Source of the DNA: an uncultured Bifidobacteriaceae bacterium
GTDB taxonomy: Bacteria; Verrucomicrobiota; Verrucomicrobiia; Limisphaerales; UBA11358
NCBI GenBank assembly: GCA_964413505.1
Contig: CAYPTV010000001.1
Span: 1-32,089 of the forward strand
DNA: 32,089 nucleotides
Direction: 5' to 3'
Shown here: one piece after another, positions 23,813 to 32,089 of the stretch
Position numbering within the stretch: position 1 is the stretch's first letter
Layout of the letters: each line of letters starts with the position of its first letter
Notes under the pieces: generated by a model
What the model was told of the DNA's origin: nothing
Databases searched by the model: none
What the model saw: only the letters and a program-made list of their open reading frames with translations
Position numbers and translations under genes: made by a program

Positions 23813-25357
23813 ATGGTATTTAGCTCCTGGAAATTCATCATCCTGTTTTTGCCGTTTACCCTGGGAGTTTTTTTTACCATCCCGGAACGATTTCAGACGG
23901 CGCGCAAGCTTTGGCTGGTTGCGGTATCACTCTTCTTTTACAGTTGCTGGAAACTGGAGTTTTTACCCCTCGTCATACTTTCCATTGGATTCAACTACAT
24001 GACCGCGGAGTGGTTATGCAGGAGTCAGAATCAGGCGAGAAGGCGAGGCATACTTTCTGCGGGGGTGATCGCAAACCTGGCGCTACTTGGCTATTTTAAA
24101 TATACCAATTTTTTCGCCCAATTATTTGGCTTCGCAGTGGGGGTCAAATTCGCGCATTTCGATATCCTTCTTCCGCTCGCAATCTCCTTCTTTACTTTCA
24201 CCCAAATCAGCTATGTGGTGGACGTTTTTCGGAATCGTTCGGTTCATTATGGGTTTCTTGATTATACCCTCTTTGTTTCATTCTTCCCGCACTTGATTGC
24301 GGGCCCGATTGTCCGTCACTGGGAAATCATCCCGCAATTTGCCGGTCGTGACATACGCCCCAATCTCCGTGACATCAAAGTCGGATTGACGCTGTTTATG
24401 ATAGGCCTTTTCAAAAAAGTCCTGCTGGCCGATCCCATCGGCCGGGTTGCGGATACGATTTTCAATGGTGTTGCCGGCGGTGCAACCTTGACCTGGTTTG
24501 ACGCCTGGTTTGGTGCGCTTGCATTTACGGTCCAGCTATATTTCGACTTCTCGGGTTATTCTGACATGGCCATTGGCCTGGCCCGCTTTTTTTCGATAAA
24601 ATTTCCACATAACTTCGCCTCCCCTTACAAAGCTGATTCTCCATCCGAATTCTGGCGACGGTGGCATGTCACCCTGACACGCTTCCTGCGCGAGTATGTA
24701 TATTTTCCCCTTGGCGGCAACCGTTGCGGCAACTTCCGTCAAGCGCTCAACATCATGGGAACAATGTTGGTGAGCGGCCTATGGCATGGAGCCGGCTTGA
24801 CTTTTGTCGCCTGGGGTTGTTTGCACGGAGCTTATCTTGTCATCGAACAGCGATGGCGCAAATGGAAAGAAGGCCGGGGTTGGAAGTTTGAGCATTGGTT
24901 CTACCGAATAGCCGCTACCGGCGGGACATTTCTTGCCGTTCTGTGCGGTTGGGTTCTTTTTCGAGCGGATTCCTTCAAGTCGGCGGGCAAAGTCTTCGAG
25001 AGCATGGTCGGGCTCAACGGCTTTACTCTCCCGGATAATATCGGTCAGGCCAGGCTTTTTCTGGGGACATTGGCACCCAAACTTGGTGCCACCCTGGTTC
25101 CACCATCCATCGAAGGGCTGTCCTATTCATGGTCTGTGCATGGTTTGTTTTGCCTTCTTGCGATAATCTGGTTGTTGCCGAATTCCCAACAGATGCTGGC
25201 AGCGTATGAACCGGTTCTTGAGAAGGTTCCTATGAGAAACTTTTCTGGAATCAAACTCAAATTTGCCACCGGCTTCGCCTTGGGAGCAGGGTTCTTCTGG
25301 GTTGTCAGAACTTTTTTTAGTTCTCAAACAACACCTTTTCTTTACTTCAACTTTTAA
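23813..25357 (+). CDS. MBOAT-family membrane O-acyltransferase (AlgI/DltB/PatA-like)
   Basis: YFDFSGYSDMAIGLARFFSIKFPHNFASPYKADSPSEFWRRWHVTLTRFLREYVYFPLGGNR...SGLWHGAG includes the catalytic His context. Confidence 0.9.
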   Translation: MVFSSWKFIILFLPFTLGVFFTIPERFQTARKLWLVAVSLFFYSCWKLEFLPLVILSIGFNYMTAEWLCRSQNQARRRGILSAGVIANLALLGYFKYTNFFAQLFGFAVGVKFAHFDILLPLAISFFTFTQISYVVDVFRNRSVHYGFLDYTLFVSFFPHLIAGPIVRHWEIIPQFAGRDIRPNLRDIKVGLTLFMIGLFKKVLLADPIGRVADTIFNGVAGGATLTWFDAWFGALAFTVQLYFDFSGYSDMAIGLARFFSIKFPHNFASPYKADSPSEFWRRWHVTLTRFLREYVYFPLGGNRCGNFRQALNIMGTMLVSGLWHGAGLTFVAWGCLHGAYLVIEQRWRKWKEGRGWKFEHWFYRIAATGGTFLAVLCGWVLFRADSFKSAGKVFESMVGLNGFTLPDNIGQARLFLGTLAPKLGATLVPPSIEGLSYSWSVHGLFCLLAIIWLLPNSQQMLAAYEPVLEKVPMRNFSGIKLKFATGFALGAGFFWVVRTFFSSQTTPFLYFNF

Positions 25358-25359
25358 AG

Positions 25360-26394
25360 ATGACTAAAATTCAGCCACGATTTTTTGCGGGTTGTCTTAT
25401 AGGTTTCCTTTTTGCCGGCGCGGCCTATTGGATTCTTGTCTGGTCCAGTATTGGGCGACCCATACAAAGCCTTGAGCAGAACGCTCGTTTCGTGGAATCG
25501 CGTCCACTAATGATTTCGGATGCGCTTGGTTCCAGACTGTTCCTCGTGGGGGGATCGTCTGTCGGCTATGGAATTTCTGCCAGCACCATCCAGGAGAAGA
25601 CAGGGATCCCTACCTATAACTATTCATTCTGGGCACCTTTGGGGCCTGTCTTTATACTAGATCAGGTAAAAAAAGTGGCACGTCCGGGTGATGTAATCCT
25701 TTTGAGCTTGGAATATGAATTGTTCGACTGGGAGGGTGATACACCCTATTGGCTGGATGAGTCATATATTGTCTTCACCGCTTCACATGAGCCCGAATTC
25801 CTACGGAGTCGTCCATTTGGAGAGAAGGTTCAATTCATGCTCCGGCTCAAAGATCGTTCGCTGATGGATCTTTGGTTTCGGCCACCCCATGCTGCACCGG
25901 GAAAAACTAGCAAGCCATCCATGGAAAATTGGAATTCCAACGGAGATGAGATTGCCAACACAGCCGCCACCAAACCAACATCATCCGGCGTAATAACGCG
26001 CATCCATCTTCCGATAGGCTGCCTTGTCAGTGGGTTTTCATATTCGCCCAAAGGATTTCCAATCATCAAATCATTTGTTGATTGGGCTGCAACAAACCAC
26101 ATCACTGTCCTGGCCACATACCCAAACCTGGCCAGAAACCCCTCTTATACAAATGAGCCCGCCCAAGAGTCGTTTGGAAAGATCCGCACGTTCTACGAGT
26201 CTTTGGGAATTCCGCTTTTGGGGACGGCGGAAGAAGCCATGGTTCCTCCGGAAGGATGTTATAATACCCAATATCATCCAACTTATGAATATACTTTGCA
26301 AAGAACCCAACGGTTGCTCAAATATTTGAAACCCCAACTAAAGGGCGTGGTTGGTTTTTCCCCGGCCAAAGAAACTGGATTTTCCAACCGCTAA
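25360..26394 (+). CDS. Membrane-anchored hypothetical protein, probable partner of the MBOAT enzyme (DltD/AlgJ/SGNH-like?)
   Basis: It starts 3 nt after the MBOAT stop. It has an N-terminal TM segment (FFAGCLIGFLFAGAAYWILVW). LFLVGGSSVGYG resembles a block-I Ser motif. The functional call rests on synteny with AlgI-AlgJ and DltB-DltD pairs. Confidence 0.4.
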   Translation: MTKIQPRFFAGCLIGFLFAGAAYWILVWSSIGRPIQSLEQNARFVESRPLMISDALGSRLFLVGGSSVGYGISASTIQEKTGIPTYNYSFWAPLGPVFILDQVKKVARPGDVILLSLEYELFDWEGDTPYWLDESYIVFTASHEPEFLRSRPFGEKVQFMLRLKDRSLMDLWFRPPHAAPGKTSKPSMENWNSNGDEIANTAATKPTSSGVITRIHLPIGCLVSGFSYSPKGFPIIKSFVDWAATNHITVLATYPNLARNPSYTNEPAQESFGKIRTFYESLGIPLLGTAEEAMVPPEGCYNTQYHPTYEYTLQRTQRLLKYLKPQLKGVVGFSPAKETGFSNR

Positions 26395-26395
26395 T

Positions 26396-27775
26396 ATGAA
26401 AATCCTCCACCTTTCCACATGCGATAACTTTGGCGGCGCCGCGCGCGCGGCCTACCGGCAGCATCTGGCTTTGCGCGGCGCTGGGATTGATTCCCGGATG
26501 CTGGTCCGGCACAAGCACACGGACGATCCGCATGTCCGGGTTTTCACCGGCAATCACAATTTACCTTCACGCGTTGAACGCACTCTCCGGCGCGCGTGGA
26601 TTCATCGTTTAGAAAAACAGTCGCGCGCAAAAGGCATCGGAGGCTTGACCGATCCCCGGGCGGACCTGCTGCGGTTTGCCGTGCAGGAAATGGCGGATGC
26701 GGATATCATCAACATCCACAAGACCGAACACTTTGCCGACATTCCGGCATTGCTGGCATCTTTGACTGCTGACAAACCGGTGGTGATCACCCTGCACGAT
26801 TTAAGCCCCATCACCGGCGGCTGCGATTATCCCGGCGGTTGCGAACGGTTCACAAATGCGTGCGGTGCCTGTCCGATGTTGGATTCCAAGGAGGAAAATG
26901 ATTATTCCCGAAAAATTTTCAGGATGCGACAGGCGGCCTACGGCACGCGATTGCCGGAAAATTTTGCCTTCGTGGTGAACAGCCGATGGACATTGGACAA
27001 TATCAAGCGCAGCTGGCTGGCAAAGGGCGTGCGGGCCGAACTGGTCCATCTCGCCCTGGATCAAAATGTTTATCAACCGGGGAACCGGGCCGTTGCGCGC
27101 GAGGCCTTGGGAATCGGCGCGGATGAAGCCGTGATTTGCTTCGGCGCCCATGACATGGGTTACAAGCACAAGGGCGGCGCGCAACTGGCCGAAGCGCTTG
27201 CCGGATTAAAATCCAACGCTTCCATCCACCTGTTGACGATGGGTTCCGGGCGAATTTCAGCGCCCCCGCAATTCAAGCATACGCATTTCGGGCGAATTGA
27301 AAGTGATTCACTGCAAAGTCTAATTTATCGCGCCGCCGACGTATTTGTGATTCCCTCCTTGGAAGAGGCCTTCGGCCAGACCGCGCTTGAAGCTGTCGCC
27401 TGCGGCACGGTGGTTGCGGGTTTTGCCGTGGGCGGAATCGTGGACATCGTCCAGAATGACTTGAACGGACTGCTCGTCGTGCGCGGCGATTCAAACGCGC
27501 TGGGACATGCGATAATTCGGCTGCTGAAGGATGAGATTTTAAGAGTCCGCTGGCGTGAATCCTGCGAGATCTGGGTGAAAGAACGCTTTTCTTTTGACAG
27601 GAACGCAACCGCCTACCGCGCGCTTTATGAGTCGTTGCTGGCAACTTCAACAAAAGCTGAAAGTCAGACCAGAGGTCAGAAGCCGGGAAGCAAATCGGGG
27701 AGATGGAAAATGAATTTTTATTTCTGCTTTTTGTTTTCCATATTTCAGCTTTTGATTACTGCCTCTGACTGTTAG
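26396..27775 (+). CDS. Glycosyltransferase family 4, WcaC-like with a 4-Cys motif; the C-terminal tail is encoded by a repeat element
   Basis: MKILHLSTCDNFGGAARAAYRQH..., HDLSPITGGCDYPGGCERFTNACGACPML, and EEAFGQTALEAVACGTVVAGFAVGGIVDIVQNDLNGLLV. GT4-like sequence stops near YRALYESLL (about 27650). The last ~42 codons run through element D. Confidence 0.8.
   Translation: MKILHLSTCDNFGGAARAAYRQHLALRGAGIDSRMLVRHKHTDDPHVRVFTGNHNLPSRVERTLRRAWIHRLEKQSRAKGIGGLTDPRADLLRFAVQEMADADIINIHKTEHFADIPALLASLTADKPVVITLHDLSPITGGCDYPGGCERFTNACGACPMLDSKEENDYSRKIFRMRQAAYGTRLPENFAFVVNSRWTLDNIKRSWLAKGVRAELVHLALDQNVYQPGNRAVAREALGIGADEAVICFGAHDMGYKHKGGAQLAEALAGLKSNASIHLLTMGSGRISAPPQFKHTHFGRIESDSLQSLIYRAADVFVIPSLEEAFGQTALEAVACGTVVAGFAVGGIVDIVQNDLNGLLVVRGDSNALGHAIIRLLKDEILRVRWRESCEIWVKERFSFDRNATAYRALYESLLATSTKAESQTRGQKPGSKSGRWKMNFYFCFLFSIFQLLITASDC
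27652..27775 (+). repeat. Junction element D, overlapping the 3' end of the GT4 CDS
   Basis: AAAAGCTGAAA (27652-27662) is the perfect reverse complement of TTTCAGCTTTT (27743-27753). CAGAGGTC is at 27670 and its complement GCCTCTGAC at 27761. GGAAAATGAATTT, TTCTGCTTTTT and GTTTTCCATATTTCAGCTTTTGAT match modules in A, B and C. Confidence 0.65.
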
Positions 27776-27797
27776 AAAAGCGCCCACACAGTTCACG

Positions 27798-29063
27798 ATG
27801 GATTTGGCACAATCAGGATGGGAGTCGCGCCCGGTGACTGCCCCCCGCAAGCTGAAGATCGGAATCAGCATCTGGAGTTTCACGCCCAATGCGGGAGGAT
27901 TGCAGTTACATGCAGAACAACTTTGCCGGAATCTCATGAAGCGGGGACATGAAGTAGTCGTTGTCACGCGTGCCGCAAGGCATAGATTGGAAGGAAATGA
28001 TTATCTGTTTTTCAATGAGCCGGAATCCAGCCTGACAGTCAACGATGTGCCTGTCAAACCGCTTAAATTTTCAAAATCCTGCATGCCAGTTCTCTGGTTC
28101 CTTGGGAAATGCGTCGTAAGACCCCACCTCGAAGGAGTGGGCGTGAATTTATACACTGCTGTAGCCAGAAAATCTGCATACAATGCCTTCGCCGGAGTCG
28201 ATATTATTCACCATATTGGTGAAGCCGCGCCATTAAATGGTTTTGCCGCCGCCGCCGCCGCTCAATACTGGCGTATTCCTTTTGTGGTTCAACCGACCTG
28301 CCACCCGCATCATTACGGGGATTCGCCTCTGGACTTGCGTCTGTTTAGAAAAGCGGACCGCCTGCTGGTGCATACCGAATATGAGGCCGAACACTTCCAC
28401 CAAAAGTCATTTCACTGTCCCATTGATGTGGTTGGCAACGGTGTTGAAGAGCGCAACAACGGGATTCCATCGCGGTTCCGGGACAAGTTTGGCATTATCG
28501 GACCTTTCATTTTGTATGTCGGGCGAAAGGACAATCAAAAAGGCTATTTTCTGCTCATAGAAGCGTTCAAGGCCATTCGCAGGGCGCGGCCAGACTTGAG
28601 TTTGGTCTGCATGGGGCCGCCAGTATCGCCGACCACGAGGCCGCAGATGGATGGTCTTATTGATTTGGACTTTGTTTCCGAGGATGAAAAACACGATGCC
28701 CTGGCGGCCTGCACTTGCCTTTGTGTGCCGTCGGAAGGAGAATCTTTCGGACTTATATTTATGGAGGCCGGTTGTTACGCGAAGCCGGTCATCGGACGGA
28801 ATGTGCCTGTGTTGCGCGAACTATGGGAAGATGGGGTGGCGGGTTTGCTGGTGGGCCATCCCGATGAGGAGCGTAACATCGCCCAGCTTGATCCGGATCA
28901 GCTTGTATCGGCCTTGCTCAAGCTGCTTTCAGATCCCGCCGAATGCCGGCGCCTTGGTGAAAATTTACGCAAGGTCTCGGAGCAATTTGTCTGGCAACGG
29001 ATCGTGGAACGCTTTGAGGCGAGTTACTACGAAACTTTGAATCACGCTCAACAAACATCATAG
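27798..29063 (+). CDS. Glycosyltransferase family 4 (GT-B)
   Basis: KIGISIWSFTPNAGGLQLHAEQLCRNLMKRGHEVVVVT and VPSEGESFGLIFMEAGCYAKPVIGRNVPVLRELWEDGVAGLLV. Confidence 0.85.
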   Translation: MDLAQSGWESRPVTAPRKLKIGISIWSFTPNAGGLQLHAEQLCRNLMKRGHEVVVVTRAARHRLEGNDYLFFNEPESSLTVNDVPVKPLKFSKSCMPVLWFLGKCVVRPHLEGVGVNLYTAVARKSAYNAFAGVDIIHHIGEAAPLNGFAAAAAAQYWRIPFVVQPTCHPHHYGDSPLDLRLFRKADRLLVHTEYEAEHFHQKSFHCPIDVVGNGVEERNNGIPSRFRDKFGIIGPFILYVGRKDNQKGYFLLIEAFKAIRRARPDLSLVCMGPPVSPTTRPQMDGLIDLDFVSEDEKHDALAACTCLCVPSEGESFGLIFMEAGCYAKPVIGRNVPVLRELWEDGVAGLLVGHPDEERNIAQLDPDQLVSALLKLLSDPAECRRLGENLRKVSEQFVWQRIVERFEASYYETLNHAQQTS

Positions 29064-29092
29064 GTCAATGGCAAATACAAAAAGCGATATCA

Positions 29093-29785
29093 ATGAAACA
29101 ATATAAAGAACCTGACGAACTGCGGAAAATGCCATTCGTTATCCGGCAGTTCCGATGGCGTTTACCACTGGAACTTACCCAATTGGTGGCAAAAGTCACT
29201 TACAAGAAGTTTGGCGATCGTATTGATACGGCGACCATAAAATGCTTTGTTCCAGATCGCGGCTCGGAGATTGAGGATACTGCGGTCACCACCGGCCAAA
29301 AGGACGTTCTGCTGGCGGCGCTAAAGGAAACAGAGCGGATAAATCTGCCAGTTGTCGAATTGGGAGCGTGGCGCGGCGCGACAACCACCGCTTTGGCCGC
29401 CGCCACAAGCCGGATGATTTATGCGGTTGATCCGTTCAACGACTATCCCGGGGCAGCTTCCGACATGGAAATCATGCTAAACCGGACACGCTTGATGAGC
29501 CATGTAAAACATATTCGATCGCGATCGGCTGGAGCGGCAGACGCATTGGCCGATGAGCGATTCAGCTTGGTTTTCATTGATGCCATTCACGATTATATGA
29601 ATACATGGTTCGACTTTCTCATTTGGGAACAACTGCTGGCTCCGGGAGGCATCGTCGTTTTCCATGATGTGGATGATCACGTCGGAACCAATCTGGCGTG
29701 CCGACGTGTTCTACATCAGAAAAACTACACTGTTTGGGGTTACTGCCCAAACATCGTAGCCTTTATAAAATCGCCGGGCGTCTGA
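29093..29785 (+). CDS. Class I SAM-dependent methyltransferase (Methyltransf_24-like)
   Basis: VVELGAWRGATTTALAAA...IYAVDPF...FSLVFIDAIHDYMNTWFDFLIWEQLLAPGGIVVFHDV. Confidence 0.7.
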   Translation: MKQYKEPDELRKMPFVIRQFRWRLPLELTQLVAKVTYKKFGDRIDTATIKCFVPDRGSEIEDTAVTTGQKDVLLAALKETERINLPVVELGAWRGATTTALAAATSRMIYAVDPFNDYPGAASDMEIMLNRTRLMSHVKHIRSRSAGAADALADERFSLVFIDAIHDYMNTWFDFLIWEQLLAPGGIVVFHDVDDHVGTNLACRRVLHQKNYTVWGYCPNIVAFIKSPGV

Positions 29786-29835
29786 TTTTATGGCGCGCTA
29801 TTAATCACGGATTAGTGCTGCCGAGATTTCAAGCC

Positions 29836-31083
29836 ATGATTGCACATTTCACATCCCATCTTTCCGGCGGATCCCACATCGCCGCCCGGCGGCTGCATAA
29901 CGCCCTCGTCCGGGGCGGAGTGAGCAGCAACCTGTATTATGGGACAGGCGAATCAGTTGATCCCCGCATCATTAAATTCTTTCCACACCGGACTTTCTTC
30001 TGGCGCAACTATGCCGCCATGGCCACGAGCTGGCGCAACCGTCAGGATACGCCGGACGGATTCATCACTAGCCCGGGTTGGATACGAAAAACACCCATTC
30101 AAGCGACGGGCGTCACTCCCAAAGTGGTTCACCTGCACACGGCGATGCGGTGGTTGGACCTGCCGAGTTTCTTCAATTCCCTGCCACACGGATTACCTGT
30201 CGTATGGACCATCCATGAATTTGTTCCCATAACGGGCGGCTGCATCTACCCGTGGGAGTGCGATGGCTTCACGCGCCAGTGTGGGGACTGTCCGCAACTG
30301 AAGCGCCCGGGCGGACGGGATGCCAGCCGGCGTTTTTTTCGCACCAAGGCGCACTGGTATGAAAAGCTCAATCTGCACTTTGTAGGCAACAGCGAATGGA
30401 CGGCGGCCCAGGCCAAGCGTTCGACACTGGGCAATCTGGCCCGTTCCGTGCGCATGATCCATCTCGGTCTCAATGTGGAGGAATACAAGCCGGTGGACAA
30501 AGCCGTCGCGCGGAAAGCCCTCGGAATCGCCGAAAACAAATTTGTCATCGGCTTTGCCTGCTCTGATTTTAGCGAACGCCGTAAAGGCGCTGATATTTTA
30601 ATGGAGGCGTTGAAAACATTTCCTGCAAAGGAGATCGTCCTGTTGGTGCTGGGAGCGGGTCAATGGCCGGCCAGCGGAATTGAAACGATTCCGATGGGTA
30701 GCTTGGGTTCGCCACGTTTGCAATCCGTTTTTTATTCGGCTTCGGATGTGTTGGCAATGCCCAGTCTGGTTGAGACATTTGGCCTCGTGGGCTTGGAGGC
30801 GATGGCGTGCGAAACGCCGGTGGTAGCGTATCCCGCCGGGGGACTGGCGGACGTGGTGGCCGACGGTGTGACCGGCCTGATAGAGCCGGAGGTCGGAAGC
30901 GTGTCCGGGTTGGTTCGAATGCTGCAATGGATGTGGAAACATCCGGCCGAACGTGCAGCCATGGGAATTGCAGCCCGGCAGCGTGTAATCGAAAAGTTTT
31001 CGGACACATTGATGGCCCGCCGCTATGCCGATTTATATCATGAACTGGCACCCGAAGAGAAAAGTTTCGGGCCTGCATCCTAG
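29836..31083 (+). CDS. Glycosyltransferase family 4, WcaC-like with a 4-Cys motif
   Basis: MIAHFTSHLSGGSHIAARRLHNAL, HEFVPITGGCIYPWECDGFTRQCGDCPQL, and VETFGLVGLEAMACETPVVAYPAGGLADVVADGVTGLI. ATG 29836 is preferred because the track's 29698 start overlaps the methyltransferase. Confidence 0.82.
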   Translation: MIAHFTSHLSGGSHIAARRLHNALVRGGVSSNLYYGTGESVDPRIIKFFPHRTFFWRNYAAMATSWRNRQDTPDGFITSPGWIRKTPIQATGVTPKVVHLHTAMRWLDLPSFFNSLPHGLPVVWTIHEFVPITGGCIYPWECDGFTRQCGDCPQLKRPGGRDASRRFFRTKAHWYEKLNLHFVGNSEWTAAQAKRSTLGNLARSVRMIHLGLNVEEYKPVDKAVARKALGIAENKFVIGFACSDFSERRKGADILMEALKTFPAKEIVLLVLGAGQWPASGIETIPMGSLGSPRLQSVFYSASDVLAMPSLVETFGLVGLEAMACETPVVAYPAGGLADVVADGVTGLIEPEVGSVSGLVRMLQWMWKHPAERAAMGIAARQRVIEKFSDTLMARRYADLYHELAPEEKSFGPAS

Positions 31084-31109
31084 ACGCGTCCGGCGGAATC
31101 AAGTCATTC

Positions 31110-32089
31110 ATGCTAATCTCCGACCCAAATGCGGCTCCAGCGCGCGGCAAAATCGCCATTGTCGAAACTCTGCGGGGGGCAGCCTCGTTGTTTGTGCTTT
31201 TTCATCATTGGGGATCCACCGATGCGCCAGGATGGATTCAATCCCCGTTGATTGGGTCTTTTCTCGATTGGCTAAAAGTAGGCGTATTCATTTTTTTTGC
31301 GATTTCAGGGTTCATCATGCCTTATGCTCTTTACCGTGGAAATTATGGCCTGCAAAACATCGGGCGGTTTGTTTTGAAACGCATGGTGCGGCTGGATCCA
31401 CCCTATCTGCTGGCGATTGTGTTTTGTCTCCTGGTTTCATATCTGGCATCATTGCATCCTTTGTCCAAGGTTCCATTTTATTTTAGCTGGCAAAATCTGG
31501 CCCTGCACTTGTTTTATCTGTGTCCTTTTTTCGGTCAGGATTGGGTGGTCGGCGGAGGCGGAGTTTTCTGGACGCTTGGAATCGAGTTTCAATATTACCT
31601 GATGTTAGCCTTGATTTTTCCTTTTCTCAACCATTCAAAACGATGGGTCATGTGGGGCAGTTTGTGTTTATTTGTATGCGCCTGCATTATTTGGGATGAT
31701 GGATATCGCTGGCGATTTATCCTGCCCTACACCCCTTTCTTCGCGATGGGAATGATAACTTTCTGGCATTACATCGGACGGATCCAAATCCGGACTTATC
31801 TTGTCACATTGGGTTTGCTGGCGATCCTGGCAACCTGGAAATTTGGATGGGGTCAGGCCATCGGACCCGTCATCGCCGCCATGCTCATGGCCTTCTACCA
31901 CCGTCCATACGCACCGCTGCAATTCTTTGGAAAGATTTCATATTCGCTCTATCTGTTTCATATGGCAATCACCCTGCGCGTGGTGAATTACTGCGACCGG
32001 TTTGAATGGGGCCACCGCTGGACATGGCTGATCATCTTGGGCGGTTCTGCCGCCTGTATTGCCCTGGCGAGTCTGGTCTACTTTTTTAT
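31110..32089 (+). CDS. Acyltransferase family 3 membrane O-acyltransferase, 3'-truncated by the window edge (absent from the ORF track)
   Basis: My own translation from ATG 31110 stays open to the window end: MLISDPNAAPARGKIAIVETLRGAASLFVLFHH...KVGVFIFFAISGFIMPY...VFWTLGIEFQYYL...FGKISYSLYLFHMAI. These are AT3 hallmarks. The track's ORF 31025-31486 is in a different frame. Confidence 0.8.
   Translation, partial: MLISDPNAAPARGKIAIVETLRGAASLFVLFHHWGSTDAPGWIQSPLIGSFLDWLKVGVFIFFAISGFIMPYALYRGNYGLQNIGRFVLKRMVRLDPPYLLAIVFCLLVSYLASLHPLSKVPFYFSWQNLALHLFYLCPFFGQDWVVGGGGVFWTLGIEFQYYLMLALIFPFLNHSKRWVMWGSLCLFVCACIIWDDGYRWRFILPYTPFFAMGMITFWHYIGRIQIRTYLVTLGLLAILATWKFGWGQAIGPVIAAMLMAFYHRPYAPLQFFGKISYSLYLFHMAITLRVVNYCDRFEWGHRWTWLIILGGSAACIALASLVYFF

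Noticed and set aside
31025-31486. ORF 31025-31486 (153 aa) as the gene downstream of the last GT4
   Set aside because: It overlaps the end of the GT4 gene and has no family features. The neighbouring frame from ATG 31110 gives clear AT3 acyltransferase motifs and stays open to the window end.
1-32089. Mobile genetic element, prophage, defence island, or tRNA/rRNA genes
   Set aside because: No integrase, transposase, phage structural, restriction or nuclease-type ORFs and no tRNA-like cloverleaf candidates were seen. The only mobility hints are the small repeat elements and the four-helix-bundle cassette reported above.

Overview
All 24 supported CDS lie on the + strand and form one long cell-envelope glycan (EPS or O-antigen-like) locus. 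In order the window holds: a 5'-truncated AraC-type regulator; an outer-membrane beta-barrel, a Wza-like export protein and a Wzc-like co-polymerase/BY-tyrosine kinase; a strong intrinsic terminator; a Wzm/Wzt ABC exporter pair split by an inverted-repeat-flanked four-helix-bundle (23S-IVS/Avd-like) gene; and a transferase block (LbH acetyltransferase, GT-A, GT4, GT2). A ~550-bp AT-rich spacer follows, filled with about 16 phased 21-bp repeats. Next is a ~2250-aa secreted chimeric protein carrying PATR beta-helix repeats, two FN3-like repeats, a beta-propeller, PA14, an Ig-like domain and a two-CXXCH haem module. The rest comprises two tandem GT2 paralogues, an orphan 408-aa protein, AT3 and MBOAT O-acyltransferases with a membrane-anchored partner, three GT4 enzymes, a SAM methyltransferase and a 3'-truncated second AT3. 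I saw no rRNA, tRNA, CRISPR array, transposase or integrase. The domain repertoire suggests a PVC/Verrucomicrobiota-like source, which is inference only. The most unusual signals are: (1) the phased 21-bp array, (2) the giant chimeric surface protein embedded in a glycan locus, (3) a family of purine-arm/pyrimidine-arm imperfect palindromes at four gene junctions, one of which supplies the C-terminal tail of a glycosyltransferase, (4) the four-helix-bundle cassette between wzm and wzt, and (5) a compositional mosaic that begins inside wzt.
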